A stretch of DNA of 63,755 nucleotides, filler included, from Saprolegnia diclina VS20 (GCF_000281045.1; 3 parts of 2 records of this genome joined end to end with filler, not necessarily neighbours in it); one strand, 5' to 3'; positions 48,312 to 61,358 are shown, counted from the whole stretch's first letter. The notes: generated from the sequence alone by a model not told the origin. Numbers and translations: made by a program.

Positions 48312-48824
48312 ATGATGGACGAAGTGGGCTTGACGACGGTCCGCGCCGCCTGCCCACGGACACAGTGGGTACCGGACGACGCCCGGCCCTCCTGCGTCGG
48401 TTGCGACAAGACCTTCTACCTCCTCCGCCGACGCCACCACTGCCGCGTCTGCGGCGACATTGTCTGCGGCCGCTGCCGCCGCACCGTCTACCTCCTCAAC
48501 ACGACAACAAACGTCGGCCACGCGTGTCCCGGCTGCGCCTCGGCGCCCGAGACGGAGCGTATGACACGCAGCATGGAGCGGCCGCCAGCTACAAATACGG
48601 TCGGGTCTACAACCTGGGGCGACCTCCAGGCGGCGGCCACCGAGTGCGCGATCTGCATCGAGCCCTACCGGGACGCGCGCGAGCTCGTCGCGCAGCTGCC
48701 GTGCGAGCACGTCTTCCACACTCGCTGCATTGACCCATGGCTGGCCGGCCACGACGCCTGTCCGCTATGTCGCCAGCACGTGTCCCTGCGTCTCGAGGTC
48801 ATGCGCCAGTATCTCTCCTTCTAA
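48312..48824 (+). CDS. FYVE plus RING-H2 zinc-finger protein (putative endosomal E3 ligase)
   Basis: WVPD...CVGC...RRRHHCRVCG..VCGRC (FYVE) and CAICIE...LPCEHVFHTRCIDPWL...CPLCR (RING-H2). Confidence 0.93.
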   Translation: MMDEVGLTTVRAACPRTQWVPDDARPSCVGCDKTFYLLRRRHHCRVCGDIVCGRCRRTVYLLNTTTNVGHACPGCASAPETERMTRSMERPPATNTVGSTTWGDLQAAATECAICIEPYRDARELVAQLPCEHVFHTRCIDPWLAGHDACPLCRQHVSLRLEVMRQYLSF

Positions 48825-48906
48825 CTTAACCGAAACTCAAGATGAAGAAACCATTCACGCCCCATGAGGCGATTCCAGACTGATTGACGCGGGTCCAACT
48901 TGGCTC

Positions 48907-49725
48907 TCATTGAAGAGACGCGAGCGCGTGCTGCACCTTGGCGCGCAACGCGGCGCTGTACGTGTAGAGGTGCATGCACTCGGTGTACCGATCGGCTTGG
49001 AGCTGCGTCTTGTACTTCAAGTTGGCATCCATGCTTGCTGTCACCTCACTGTACTCGGACGTGCCGGGCCGCGTTTGGTGCAGCGAAGCCTGCAGCTGCT
49101 CTTCGTTGGCTTCACTCACCTCGTAATGCGACGCCATGACCTTGAGCTTCTTGTACGAGTTGGCGACGAGCGCCGCAATGTTGAGAAGCATCGCGGGCTC
49201 CACGCTCGCCAAGCGCAGGCGCAGCTCGCGCGACCGCGCAAAGACGCCAGCAAGTAGCTCGTCACGCGCCACCACGAGCTCGTTGACGTTCGTTTGCAGA
49301 CTCTCCATGCGCGCATTGAACGCGACAACGCCGCCCGCGCTCGCCGGCGTCAGCGACTCGGAGACCTTGAGAAACTCGGCTTGGGCGTCGAGCGTTCTCT
49401 TGTTGGCCGCGTTGAAGGCCTCGAACGCGATGGTCTCGCGCACCTCGGAAACGTCAGCCGTCGGCTGTGCGTCGTAGACGACTATGAGTATGTCAGGCAG
49501 CAGCGTCGCGGTGGCGAGGACGTACGTGGGGTTGTCGTGTGCGCACGCACCTCGGCGACGCTCTCGTGGAGCTGAGCCCAGCACGGACGACAGAGCTTGG
49601 CGTCGCATGGGTTGCAGAGCACGATGGCCTGCAGCTCTTTGCAGAGCATGCATACTACACGGAGCGCGGGCTCAGCAGACCGGCGCGGCCGCCACGTCCG
49701 TACCTTCGGTTGCGTCGCTGCCCAT
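48907..49725 (-). CDS. B-box zinc finger plus coiled-coil protein, multi-exon
   Basis: Spliced N-terminus MGSDATE|VCMLCKELQAIVLCNPCDAKLCRPCWAQLH...H fits a B-box; helical C-terminus. Confidence 0.7.
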
Positions 49726-50291
49726 GGTGCCGCAACTGATTTTCTGGCAGCCCAGTCCTTATTGGTTTGGTCAAAGCTACATGAATTTTAATTGGTTGAA
49801 ATGCTACTTTTAGCGTCGTATGATTGGACAGCTGACAACAATTCAGATCTCGGGATCTCAAATGGCGCCAACTCACCAACTAATGGGAAGCAGCGATACC
49901 AAGCGTGTAGCGTTACCAAGCGTGCTTTTGTCGGGCGCGCCAGCGTGCTCGCCGACACCGGCGCCCTGAACTCGGATGTGCACCATTCATTGCGCCGACA
50001 CGGCTGGTATCCGGACCTGTATCCGAACGGTTCTCTTTTAGTTTTAAAGTGCCCTCCGAAAGCAGCACGCCGAAAGTTCCATTTTTCCAACTGCGAGTTT
50101 CACTTTGAGTTTGCCGAAACAAAAAAGTCAAAGTGAAAGAGGAGCAAAAAAAGGAGCTTCTAATAGCTGCCAGCCCATGCCTAGGCTTTGGTAATGACAG
50201 ATCGACCCCTGAAAGCTTGCCACGATTGGTTGTTGGGTAATGCTTCCATTTTAGTTTAGCAGGACTAGGGACGAGGAGTATGAATTGGACC

Positions 50292-53200
50292 TCACTGCAT
50301 ACGAGGACTCGCCTCCTTGTCGGGTTCAACCGAGGACGCACGCGACAGATGCGGCTTATCGTCGAACAAACTGTCCTCGGCGGCGGGAAAGGCCGTGCCG
50401 TAGTCGTCGTCGTCGTCCGTGTCGACCGCGGCCTCGTCGTCTCCGATGCAGATCTCGTAGGCGTCGCTGACAGCGTCCATCTCGTACGTTCGGTCCTCTG
50501 TGTAGCTGGTCGGAGCTGCTTCGTCGTTGATTTCAGCAAACGAAGCACCGCCGGCAGTTGCGCTGTTCTCGTAGTAGCCGTAGCTGCCGTACTGGGAGGC
50601 TTCGTAGCCAGCATACTGCGAGGCGTCGTACTGGGAGGCGCCGTAGCCAGCATACTGCGAAGCGTCGTACTGGGAGACGTCGTAGCCAGTGTACTGCGAG
50701 GCGTCGTACTGCGAAGCGTCGTAGGCAGCGTCATCGACAGGATGCAATGCGTCGTACGGCGCATCGTAGGGAGTAGGTTGTGTGGCGTCGTAGTCAGCTG
50801 GTTGCGAGTAGTCGTAGGCAGAGTACTGCGAGCCATCGTAGGCAGCGTATTGGGAGGCATCGTAGACCGACGTGTCGTAGGCAGCGTACTGGGAGGCTTC
50901 GTAACCCGCGTACTGGGAGGGATCGTACTGCGAGGCGTCATAGGCGGCTTCTTGGGAAGCAGGGTCGAGTGCGTACTCGGAGGCTTCGTACCCAGTGTAC
51001 TGCGAGGCGTCGTACGGAGCCGCGTCAGGGGCAGCAAAGGAAGCGAAATCGTAAGCGGGGTCATGCGTAGCGTACTCGGAATAAGACATCTCATTTGCAT
51101 ACGCCGCAGCTTCTTCAAGCAACGGTGCAGTGATGGGTCCGTCGTTGGCGCCGATGCGAATGTCGTACTCGGTGGTGTCCTCCGCAGGTGCCAACGTCTC
51201 TGCGGCTTCGTGCTCTGTCGATGACGAGACATCGTGGTTCGCGCTAGCTTCCGGGGCGAGGGCCGAGACGTCGACATTCGTACAAGCCAGCAAAGGGTCG
51301 TCTTCTACCGCGCAGGCGTCCAGTGTCGTCGGCGTATGTGTCATCTCTGCTGCATTTTCGGTCGGACCCGAGACGCCAGGCCCCGAGGCGTTGGTTGCTT
51401 CGCTACCGCTTGTACAGTCCGCTTCCTTGGAGCTCGTCACAGCGCCGTCGTGCATTTCTGAGTGCAGAGCGAGGACGCTGCTGTGCTCTGCTGTCTCTTG
51501 CGCCGACTCGTCATCGACAGGAATTACGCTCGTTGAGTCCAGCACCACGAAACCACTTGCATCAGCATCAACCACAGCATTGGTTTGTGCGTTGGCTACT
51601 GCAACTTCGTCGGCCGTGTCGTCCGGAGACTTGCAGTATGGCTCGTCGTAGGCGAGGTACATACTGTAGATGTCTGTGCTCTCGTCCATGAGCTCGTGAA
51701 GGCGAATGTAAGACGAGGACGCGGCTCGGGGTGCGCGTGTCGACGGCGCCGCGCGACGCAGAAGCTCTGCGCAGCCGCGTTGCCCCGCCGCTGTGGCCTC
51801 GTCAAGCGCTGTGTGCCAGTCTGTGTTGTGGAGTGACGTGTCGCAGCCGAGGTTGAGCAAGTGCTGCAAAATCTTTTGGTTGCCTACAACGTCGATGTCA
51901 TTCTACTCGCTTCGCACAGCCAAACACACCGGCGATCGCGGCCCAGTGCAAGGGCGTATCGCCTCTGGCGTCCCCAGCGTTCAAATTGGCCTTGCACGAC
52001 CGCAGTAGACTCGCCTGTCCATATTAGTATCCAGTGGATACATCAAAGCCATACCATTTCGAGCCCATGGGAGGAGTCGGTCGCGTAGTGCATTGCGACG
52101 CGTCCAAAGTTGTCGCGGGCGTTGGGGTCTGCGCCGCCTTCAAGGAGGCACGCCGCCAGGGACGCATGTCCCGCCGCCACAGCCAGCTGCAGTGGCGTGC
52201 GCCCGTCGCCGTCGCGAACGTCGATAGACGCTGAGCTTTGGAGCACGACAGCGATCGACGCGTGGCCGAGGAGCGCGGCCATGTGCAGCGGGAACATGCC
52301 CTCGTACGACGCCGTCGTGAGCGCGGGTCGATGGGCCAAGAACTCGACTGTAACGACTTGGTTCTTGGCGCATGCTCGGTGCAGCGCGTTGTAGCCCTTG
52401 TTGTCGACCGCTCGGATCGACGCACCGGCCTCGAGCAGCCGCGCGATGCCACGTATGTCCCCTACGCGCGTCGCTAAGCTGCATGCCATTGGTGCCCGGA
52501 GGGCTACCCGCCTCGGCTGCGCGCATGAGCGGCGTCACGCCGTCGTAGTCGCGCGCGTCCACGTCCGCCGACTGCTCGAGCAGAAAGTCGACCATGGCAT
52601 CCCGCGCGTCATTGTCGTCCAAGCCGCGCGCTGGCGTCAGCACGAGGTGCAGCGGCGTCTCTCCAAGCGCCTACGACACATAGTATCAATCTTTCAACCG
52701 TAACTGTGGCAGCTACGTTGCGTTCGTTGACGTCCCGCCCGTCGAGCAGGCTCTGGAGTGTATCGTCGACGCTGAGAGTGACGGCGGTGTCGAGCACGGA
52801 GCGTGCGGGTGGCTTGGTTTTTCCTTGATTGAGGACCGAGAGGCTCTGCGACCGCTGCAGCTGCGCTTGCAAATTGAAGGTCGTCGGCAGCGCGAGCACA
52901 ACCGTTCGCGGCGTCTCGCGGACCACGAGGTGGTTGGTGATGTCGAGGGCCGCCAAGTCGTGGTCGCGCTTGACGGCGTAGAGTCGCCGGAGGTACGTGG
53001 ACGTGCCGTTGTTGAGCTCGAGAAGCCCTCGCTTTCGATGCAACACGCACGAGACCCACGCCGACCCGCGGTAGAGCCAGAGCGCAAAGTACGTACTCGT
53101 GTCGCCGGCAAGAAGTTTGGCCGACGACCAAATCTTCTTGGCGATAAAGCGCCGCGCCGACCGCTGGAGCCGCCGCTGGCACCGGCGCCGGTACAGAATC

Positions 53201-56200
53201 GGTCGCAGCCATGTCTGAAGCCTTGAGGCACAAGCACACTCGAGGCGGTAGATGCATCGCACGTGATGACGCCTGAACGTCCGTTGAATGCGCTGCGCCG
53301 CTCGCCGCCGCCAGAAGCCCCGCCACGTGCGCGCGAGTACTCGCGCCGCCTGGCGCTGTCGCAACGCCGCCAGACGGCGCGTTCTCTCGGTGCGGCTTTG
53401 GTAAACGGCAGCCAGCCCCATGGTCGTCCACGAGACGACGCGGGCGCGGAGGTGCGCACGCCGGCGTCGACGATGGTACATACGCCACGCTGCTTGCAAC
53501 CGCATGCGCGCCGTCGCCTGCAGAGCACTGCGCACGAGAGCGTTCGCCGTGACTTCTTGTGCGACGTGGCAGCTGCACTCAATTTGCCGCGTCAACTTGG
53601 CGACGACACGCACCGCCTCGGCTTGTACTGCCATCGTGTCGACACCCTAACAAATCAGAGGTTCGAGCGACGCTAAGGACGTGGATAACCTGCGAGAGCG
53701 ACCGAGTGACAAACGATACGGCGGGGGGTCGTACGAGGCACCGACGTCGATGACGGCGCCAGGCTTCGCTAATGCTCGATGCCGCCCGCCACCGCCGCTG
53801 CGACGTCGCAAAGCGACAGACAGCCGCCGATACAACGCTCGCAGCTTTATGACGCGAGGCGACCAGCCGGAGAGCGTCCATCGTACAGTGGTGCACGAGA
53901 TGGGCGACCACTCGCCGCAAGTGTCGAATGTTGCGCCAGTAGCGGTACCACTTTTGGAGTCGGCGCGCGTGTTTGCCAAAGACGCAGGCGCACGCAGCCT
54001 TGACACTCACCGAGGCGGTTCGGTGTACGCTATACGTAATGACCGTCCTGCGCTCAAGCTCGACGAGCGACGCGATCGCACGCGTGGCGACGCTGGTGGC
54101 CGTGGCGGCCGTGAGGCGTCGCCACTGCAGAAGTGTCGACGCGCGTGAAAAGCTCGTTTGAAGCAGACGATGGGTGAGTGCGGCGGTCGTGCGCTTGGTG
54201 TACGACTGGACGACGCCGACATGAACGCTTTGGTCGGTCAACGCCAACGCCACGTCGCGTACAGTGCGCAAGAAAATAGCAGAGGGCGGTGCTACCGGTA
54301 CTGACAGCGCTGGCTCGACGACCGGCGCGGTAGCTTGGAGCCCGCGCACGGTCGTCTCGACCAAAGACGTCACGAACGTTCTTGCAACGTGGCGCTGAGC
54401 GGCAGCTCGCATTTCGTCGGTGGCGGTCGCGATGCGTTGCACGGATGTCGACACAGCACGCGTCACGAGGGCCGTCGCCAGCATGCAGCGGGTGGCCGCG
54501 CAGACACTGTCTTGCGCCATTTGAGACGCCACCGCCAAAAGGCAACGCCGCTGGGCTATGGCCACCACAGACACTGATAGAGTCGAGTCAACCAGGGTCT
54601 TGGCAGTTGCATGCTGGGCCGCGATGCGACCTTGGAGCTCGGCCAGAAGGCAAGTCACGTGCGCGCGGATGCGTTCGCTTGCTGCTGTCGCGTCTTCGCG
54701 GCCCATTTGCCGGCGCTCCGATTGTTGCAGCGACGCCGCCTCTGCCAACGCGTAGTGACGCATCGCCAACAGCCGCGCTGCGTCTTCGACGATGTCGTCC
54801 AGGCACCGTGTTGTCTCGTGGAACGTCTCGACGTCCGCCGTCAAGGCTTCGAGGCAGCGCGTCACCTCTTGCTGCACTTCCACAGAGTGAACCGCGGCCT
54901 CAAGACACGAAGCGACCTCTCGCCGCGTTAATTCAGCTGCCAAAACGAAGCCCACGGCAGAGTCCAGCACCTCGTGCGAGCAGCGGCGACTCAGCGTCTG
55001 CGTGTCCTCGATCTGAGCAACTATCGACCGGACGACGGCCCGGCATTGCGATCTGCGAGCGTCGGTCCTTAAATATTGGTTGCGAGACAAGCAGCGCTGG
55101 AGGACGATCGCAGCCGCGTTTTGAAACCAGTCGTCGACGTGCGCCACAAGACGCTGGAGCACCAACGAACAAGCGCGCTCTTGTTGCCTCGTACGAACAC
55201 AGCGCTGCAAAACGCGAGCCGCACACTGCCGGCGCAACGCCACCACATGGCGTTCGGTGGCAGCAGCCAACTTCCGCCACCGCTGTCGACACCAGCGTTG
55301 AAGGCACAGCACCGCAACGTCGGTAGCATGAGACAAAGTCTGCTCGACGATCGAGCGCAACACGTCGGTGCACGCTGCGGTCGTTTCCCGCCACCGACGA
55401 AGTCGACGCTGCAGAATCAACACACTGCGCTGCAGTCGCTGGTAGCGAGATCGGGCGGCTTGCTGCCGCCACAGCGTCTGCAGACGGACGGCGGCTACGT
55501 GCTGCTCCACGGCTTGGACTAGCATGTTAAGCGCCGCCTCGCACGTCGTCAGCTGCAAAACCTCGTTGCACGCTGCGGTCGTTTCCCGCCACCGACGAAG
55601 TCGACGCTGCAGAATCAACACACTGCGCTGCAGTCGCTGGTAGCGAGATCGAGCGGCTTGTTGCCGCCAAAGCGTCTGCAGACGGACGGCGGCCGCATGG
55701 CGCTCCACAGCATGAACTAGCATGTCAAGCGCCGCCTCACACGTGGTCCGCTGCAACGTGACCTCGCGCGCCGTGCGCAAGAACCGCGAGAGGCAATGGG
55801 CGACCAGGCGTCGTCGATGACGCCGCACGACGCGATATAGCTGGCGCGCGCAGTAGCCCCGGTACACCGTTTGAACACGCGTGGCCGCTGCATTCGCGCA
55901 CGTGGCTTCGACCATTGTCGCAAGCACTCGTCTACATATCGTCCGGACAGAGAACAAGCGCAGTGACCGCTGGAGGGTTCGAGCGGCTGCATGCCGCCGC
56001 GTCCGCGCGGCCTCGGCGCGGCGCCGTCGAATGCAGTTTTGCCAGACGACTTGCACTTGCGCGGCGGCCGCGTCACGACGCTCAATCAGCAGCAGCAGCG
56101 CGCACAAGACATAGCTGCAGGCGCGTCGACGTGCTTGATTTCCTCTAAGCCAGCGCTGGATCCGTCGTGCAGCAGCGATGCACCGACACCGCCGTCGTCG

Positions 56201-58309
56201 GTCGCAGCGACGCGTCACCCGACGACGTCGCCACAGCAGCTGGAACCCGCGTGCCGCTCGTTCTTTGGCTTGTTGTCGAGACGAGTGCGCGCACCACAGA
56301 CGCTGGAGGACGCTGACGCACCGACGTCGACGCTGCCACCACACATGGCGCTGGAGACTCCGCTGCAGTGTCCGCGCTGCCCACGCCCGCCGACGTTGAT
56401 CGTATCGGCGGTACGCGCGCTGCATACGCGCAGCGGCCGCGTTTTGCTGACAAACAAAAACCGAATGACGTCGCCACGACTGTTGTACGACCACCGCACT
56501 TCGCTGGCGTCGCGCGGCCCAGTCGCGGTGACGCCGGAACGTTCGTTGAATGCGCGAGCTAGCCAATGTGCGACGGCGTCGCGCTGCGGCACCGCGACGC
56601 CGGCACCGATATGCCCGCCACGCTCGTTGCAGTCGTCGGGCGGCCATGTCGCGACGGCTTTGCACAAGTTTTTGAACGTCCCTTCGGGCACGCGTCCCTC
56701 GCCAGAGTGCGGTTATGGTGGTCGCTGCAGCCTCTCTCTGTTCTCGTGCGAGCTCGCAGTAGTGATGCCAGCGTGTCATCGTGATCGTTTGCGAATTGCG
56801 CTCGCAACGTCGCCAGAGCCGTCGCCGTCGCTTGAGAAAACACACGGCGCGTCGCCAGAGGAGAAAGAAGCGCCGTCGCTGGCAGCGAGCCCGCAGCGGT
56901 CGCCCACGACTGAGTCGGCGCCACGCTTGGAAAAGCCGGCGCACGCGGCGCATCCGATGCATGGCTGCTATGGTCCCTTTGGCACGCTCTCGCGTTCGCC
57001 ACGCGTGCCAGGCTCGAAAACACCGCTGCGTCAGTGCACTCTCGTAGATTTGGACGGCGTCGTCTGCGCTCCACGCACCCGGCGACTCGAGACTCGGTGG
57101 GTCACGAGGCTTGACGACGGTGTGCGGCTCGTTTACGTGGCGAGCGACGTGCGGCTCGATGACGGGGTCGTGCTCGGGTGCCAACGTCCACATGTTGGAA
57201 TGCGCGCCAAAGTGCGATTTGAGGTCGGCTTGCATTGCGTCGCATAGCGACGCCACGGTGCCAAAGGTCGCGCCGTCGTCCTCGTCGGCACTTTGCAGCT
57301 CTTCACCGTCGCTCACAGCGTCGTCGTACGTCATATCTGGCTCACGTCGACCGTCGTCGTCGTCTTCGTCGTCGTCGCATGGCTCGGCCGCAACAAACTC
57401 AGGTTTCGGTCCAAGTTTCATACTTGGTTGCGCGCGGGCGGTGTCGAGCACGTCATCGTCTATGGATGTTGGCGGTGCCGCAGCCATCGCTGTCGAGAGC
57501 ACAACGAGCGCATCGAGGAGCCGGTTCTCGTCGACCTCGTTGGTCGCTCGCAGGCGCTGCAGAAGCGCGTCGCGGTCGCGCGGCCGTCGAAAGACCACGT
57601 ACGCTGCGAGCTCTGGTTGCGTGAGCGGGACAGCACACAGCAGGGGGTTGCACAGGAGGCTCTCGACGCCCAGCGCTTGCAGCAAGACAGGCGCGCCCTG
57701 CAGAAAGTTGGTGTCCGTGGCCATCTACAGCCAAGTCGGAAACAAAGCGCCGCTCGATCGCGTACCTTGGTCAGGTACGGCGCGATTGACGGGCTGTGGT
57801 GCGCCACAATGTTCATTGTGTGTTGTCGAAGCCGCTGGCAGAGCTGGACGAGCTGAATGAGTCGCGTCGGTGACGTGGCGAGGTGCGGGCGCGCGCAGAG
57901 TTTGGCCATACTCGCCAGAATGCCTTCGCGCACGACGACCTACGACGTCGCATTGGAGCTAAGGGCGCCCGTGTGAGCCGTACCTGGGCATCGAGAACCT
58001 CGGCGGGTCGTTGCTGGTGTTGCACCTCTTCTACGTGATGGGGCGGTGATGGCGCCAGCGGTTGCAACTGCCGTGGGCTCTTCGCCATTGCCGGCGCTGT
58101 CTTCGCCCGCTCATCTAGCACCGCGCGAACGCCGCGGTGCGACGACTGGGGGCGCGGGCGCTTCTTGGAGGCCGCCTTGTACGGTGACGCCGACGTCGTC
58201 GACGACCGCGGCTTGGCCGCCGCCGCCAACTAGGACGCATGAGCCAGTGGCAAAGGATCGAGACAGACATTGGCCTGTGGCCGCTCGCGCACTTCAAAGT
58301 GGCCATCAT
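50292..58309 (-). CDS. Very large multi-exon protein: many IQ/Sfi1-like motifs, ankyrin repeats and an acidic Tyr-rich tail (5' end uncertain)
   Basis: Dozens of AAxxLQxxWR motifs (52.9-57 kb), ankyrin repeats (DYDGVTPLMRAA, DGRTPLQLAV, DWHTALDEA) and a YDASQYAG-repeat tail. Exons are same-strand and joined by short introns. Confidence 0.7.
50573..51075 (-). repeat. Coding repeat encoding YDASQY(AG/TG) units
   Basis: About a dozen degenerate 15-24-bp units. Confidence 0.9.
55369..55764 (-). repeat. 198-bp (66-aa) near-identical internal tandem duplication
   Basis: CACGCTGCGGTCGTTTCCCGCC... occurs at 55371 and 55569; the protein repeat is TCEAALxMLVxAVExHxAAVRLQTLWRQQAARSRYQRLQRSVLILQRRLRRWRETTAAC. 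Confidence 0.92.
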
Positions 58310-58871
58310 AGCTCACGACCTCGTAGAGCGGGACTAGACAAAGCTGTCGTCAGCGCCGTGATACGTCGGACAGGCCGAGGGCAACCCTGGGGGCGGAAGT
58401 AGCGGTGGCGGCTCCGCGGCGCAATGACTTCGACTTGCGCTTCGTACTCGTCGTCGTCGCCGGCCTACGCACAGCATAAGCAGTCGCCACCACCGCCATG
58501 CGACCTTCATGCCCCTGGTCTGCAACGGGTCTGCCAATGAAACCGGTAGATCCTGTGGCAATACATATACCAAAACGTATGCATTGCAAGAGGTTTCGGA
58601 ACTGTACTTCCTACTGTAGCATGGTCCTTTCGGTGTTGGTCACTGCCCAGCAAACCAAAGTACTTCAGCGACCTCGATGAGTGAAACACCCCGCATCCTC
58701 GCGTTTGGCACAAACCAGGTCCGCTGCCGAGCCATGTTGCCCTTGTCCGGTTGATTGAGCAAACGGCGCCGCTGAGTCTGCAGTGCCCCTATCACTGCAC
58801 ATCCTGATTTTAGCTTGGAATTGACTTCATTTCCCCTCTTCGCCCATCGTCGTCGACTGGATACCGCGGGG

Positions 58872-59307
58872 ATGAGTCATTCAGCCGAATGACTCATGCG
58901 CCAGCGCATGTCGCAGACGGCGATCGAAGTACGCAAATAGTGTGAGGCTACTCGCCACTGACTGGCAACTCTGCTGGCGCCAACATCGCCACGACAGCGC
59001 CTCTACGATCAGTCGCAGGCTCGGATTACTCGAGCCCCCACCGTTCGTCGAAGTGCGTGGGACATGCTCCACCAGCTGAGGAAGGCCTTCGAAGTCGCTC
59101 GCCGGCTGTCGCTGCCGATCCATTTCGACCGCGTCGTCAGTTGGGTCTGACCAAGGGAATAACTAATTCCCTTGGGTCTGGCGATGGAATGGGACCCCGT
59201 CTTGCGACGAAGTCGATTTTCCTCATCGTCCGAAACTTCGTTGCGTTGGCTTTTTTGGCGCCGCTGGACACTCCGGATAATGATATCCGGCGATTCGAAT
59301 GACTCAT
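58872..59307. promoter_or_regulatory. Three perfect ATGA(C/G)TCAT (AP-1/Gcn4-type bZIP) sites upstream of nadB
   Basis: ATGAGTCATTC-agcc-GAATGACTCAT (58872-58897, an 11-bp inverted pair) and GAATGACTCAT (59297-59307). Confidence 0.45.
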
Positions 59308-59489
59308 CGCCTAAATAAGAACTCACTTTGCCTTTTTGCTCGTGTTGCGTCAAAGCTACCTCCACACCGCCGCCAGCCTCGTCCGCGCCATTTTATGTCC
59401 GCGAAGAAGACTTGGACATTCAACAAGAAGTACCCCAACATCACCGCAGCCCACTAAGTCCATCTCGATCCCAACTACACGACAACTGA

Positions 59490-61150
59490 ATGACTACACC
59501 GCACATGACTTCCATCAACACCACGCCAGCCAAGAAGGCCGGCTTCGACTACCGCGTCCCGACGAGCTCGTACACGGATGCGTACGCCACCAACCTCCCG
59601 GTGCGCCGCGTCCAGGCGCTCGTCGTCGGCTGCGGTGTCGCCGGCAGTGCGACGGCGCTCCGCCTCGCGTCCGAAGGCGTCCGCGTCACGATGCTCGGCG
59701 CTGCCATCGACCCGGCAAACTGCAACAGCTACTGGGCCCAGGGCGGCATCATCTACAAGTCCACCGACGACTCGCCCGAGCTCCTCTCGTCCGACATCCA
59801 CCGCGCCGGTGCCGGCGTGTGCCATGACCCGGCCGTGCGCAAGGTCGCAACCGAGGGTCCGCGCTGCGTCGAGGACCTGCTCCTGGACGTGTCCAAGGTG
59901 CCGTTCGAGCGCGACAGCAACGGCAACCTGGCGCTGACGCTCGAGGCGTCGCACAACCGCGCCCGCATCCTCTTCAAGGCCGACCACACGGGCAAGGCCA
60001 TCACCACCAGCATGCAGGCCGCCGTCATGGCGCACCCCAACATTGAGCTGCTCACGGGCCGCGTGGTCTTTGACCTCGCGCTCAACGACGCTGGCGACTG
60101 CGTCGGCGCCGTCCTCATCAACACGTCGACGAACGATATGGAGGTGCTGCACGCGGACATGACGCTGCTCGGCACGGGTGGTCTCGGTGACATTTACCGC
60201 AACACGTCCAACCCGGAAGGCGCGCGCGGCGAGGGCGTGGCCGTGGCGGCCCGCGCGGGCGCCAACCTCAAGAACATGCAGTACGTGCAGTTCCACCCGA
60301 CGACGCTGTACATTCCTGGTGAGCGCCGCTTCCTCTTGACCGAGGCGCTGCGGGGCGAAGGCGCCAAGCTGCGCACGAAAGCCGGGCGCTTCTTTGCGAC
60401 CGACTACCACCCGAGCGGCGAACTCGCGCCGCGCGATGTGGTCGCACGCATGATTCTGAGCGAGATGGACAAGACGGGTGACGACTGCATGTACCTCGAC
60501 ATCTCGCACCTCGACAGCGACTGGCTCAAGAGCCGGTTCCCGACCATCTATGCGCACTGCCTCGCACGCGGCATCGACCTCACGAAGGAGCCGATGCCGG
60601 TGGTGCCGGCCGCCCACTACCACTGCGGCGGCATCAAGGTCGACCTCGCCGGCCGGACGAGCGTGCCGCGGCTGTACGCGGCGGGCGAAGTAAGCTGCAC
60701 GGGTATGCACGGCGCCAACCGCCTCGCGTCGACGTCGCTGCTCGAAGCGCTCGTGTGGGGCTGCGCTGTCGCGTCCGACTACTTGGCTTCGGACAAGTCG
60801 GCGTCGGTCAATACCGAGTCGGTGCGCATCCCGGCGCTGTCGGTGTCGGCGACGACGATGGCGTCGACCAAGGACGTGCAGTCGGTGCTCAGTGAGCTGC
60901 AAGCCGTCATGTGGGACCACGTCGGCGCGACGCGGACCACGGACGGGATGCGCGTCGGCGTCAAGAAGCTGCAGGCGCTCGAGGCGTCCATCGACCGCCT
61001 TTGCGGAGATGTCTGCCTCGATGCGACGCTGGTCGGCGTGCGCAACGCGGTCAAGACAGGCAAGTACATTGCCGAAGCGGCGCTCGCGGCGCCCATCTCG
61101 GTCGGCACCCACCACATTGTGAGCGACGACCCGGTCAGCGACAGCAACAG
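59490..61150 (+). CDS. nadB: L-aspartate oxidase (de novo NAD+ synthesis); 3' end lost in gap
   Basis: VVGCGVAG FAD motif, NSYWAQGGI, EASHNRARI...DHTG, QFHPT, LLTEALRGEG, ELAPRDVVAR, PAAHYHCGGI and GMHGANRLASTSLLE. Confidence 0.96.
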
Positions 61151-61250
61151 NNNNNNNNNNNNNNNNNNNNNNNNNNNNNNNNNNNNNNNNNNNNTTAATT
61201 AATTAANNNNNNNNNNNNNNNNNNNNNNNNNNNNNNNNNNNNNNNNNNNN
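61151..61250. other. Assembly gap with TTAATTAATTAA linker (61195-61206)
   Basis: N-run with an embedded spacer. Confidence 0.95.
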
Positions 61251-61358
61251 GATAGTTGGAGGAGGTTCGCTGCAAGAGGTCCAACCTGGGGTGGACTCTA
61301 CTCGCCATACGCCAACTTAATTCCTTGTCACGGACGAGTATATTATGTAGTCGTCATC

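Noticed and set aside
8591..57724. Apparent cluster of flagellar/Ca2+-signalling genes (cNMP protein, channel, coiled-coil, CH-domain, IQ protein)
   Set aside because: Interspersed with unrelated housekeeping genes; such genes are common in zoosporic genomes, so there is no evidence of functional clustering.
58334..59365. Short minus-strand ORFs between the IQ gene and nadB
   Set aside because: No recognisable domains or consistent splice model.
59475..61115. Long antisense ORFs opposite nadB, serA (26809-28179), the channel and others
   Set aside because: Expected shadow frames from high GC3 codon bias; no recognisable motifs.
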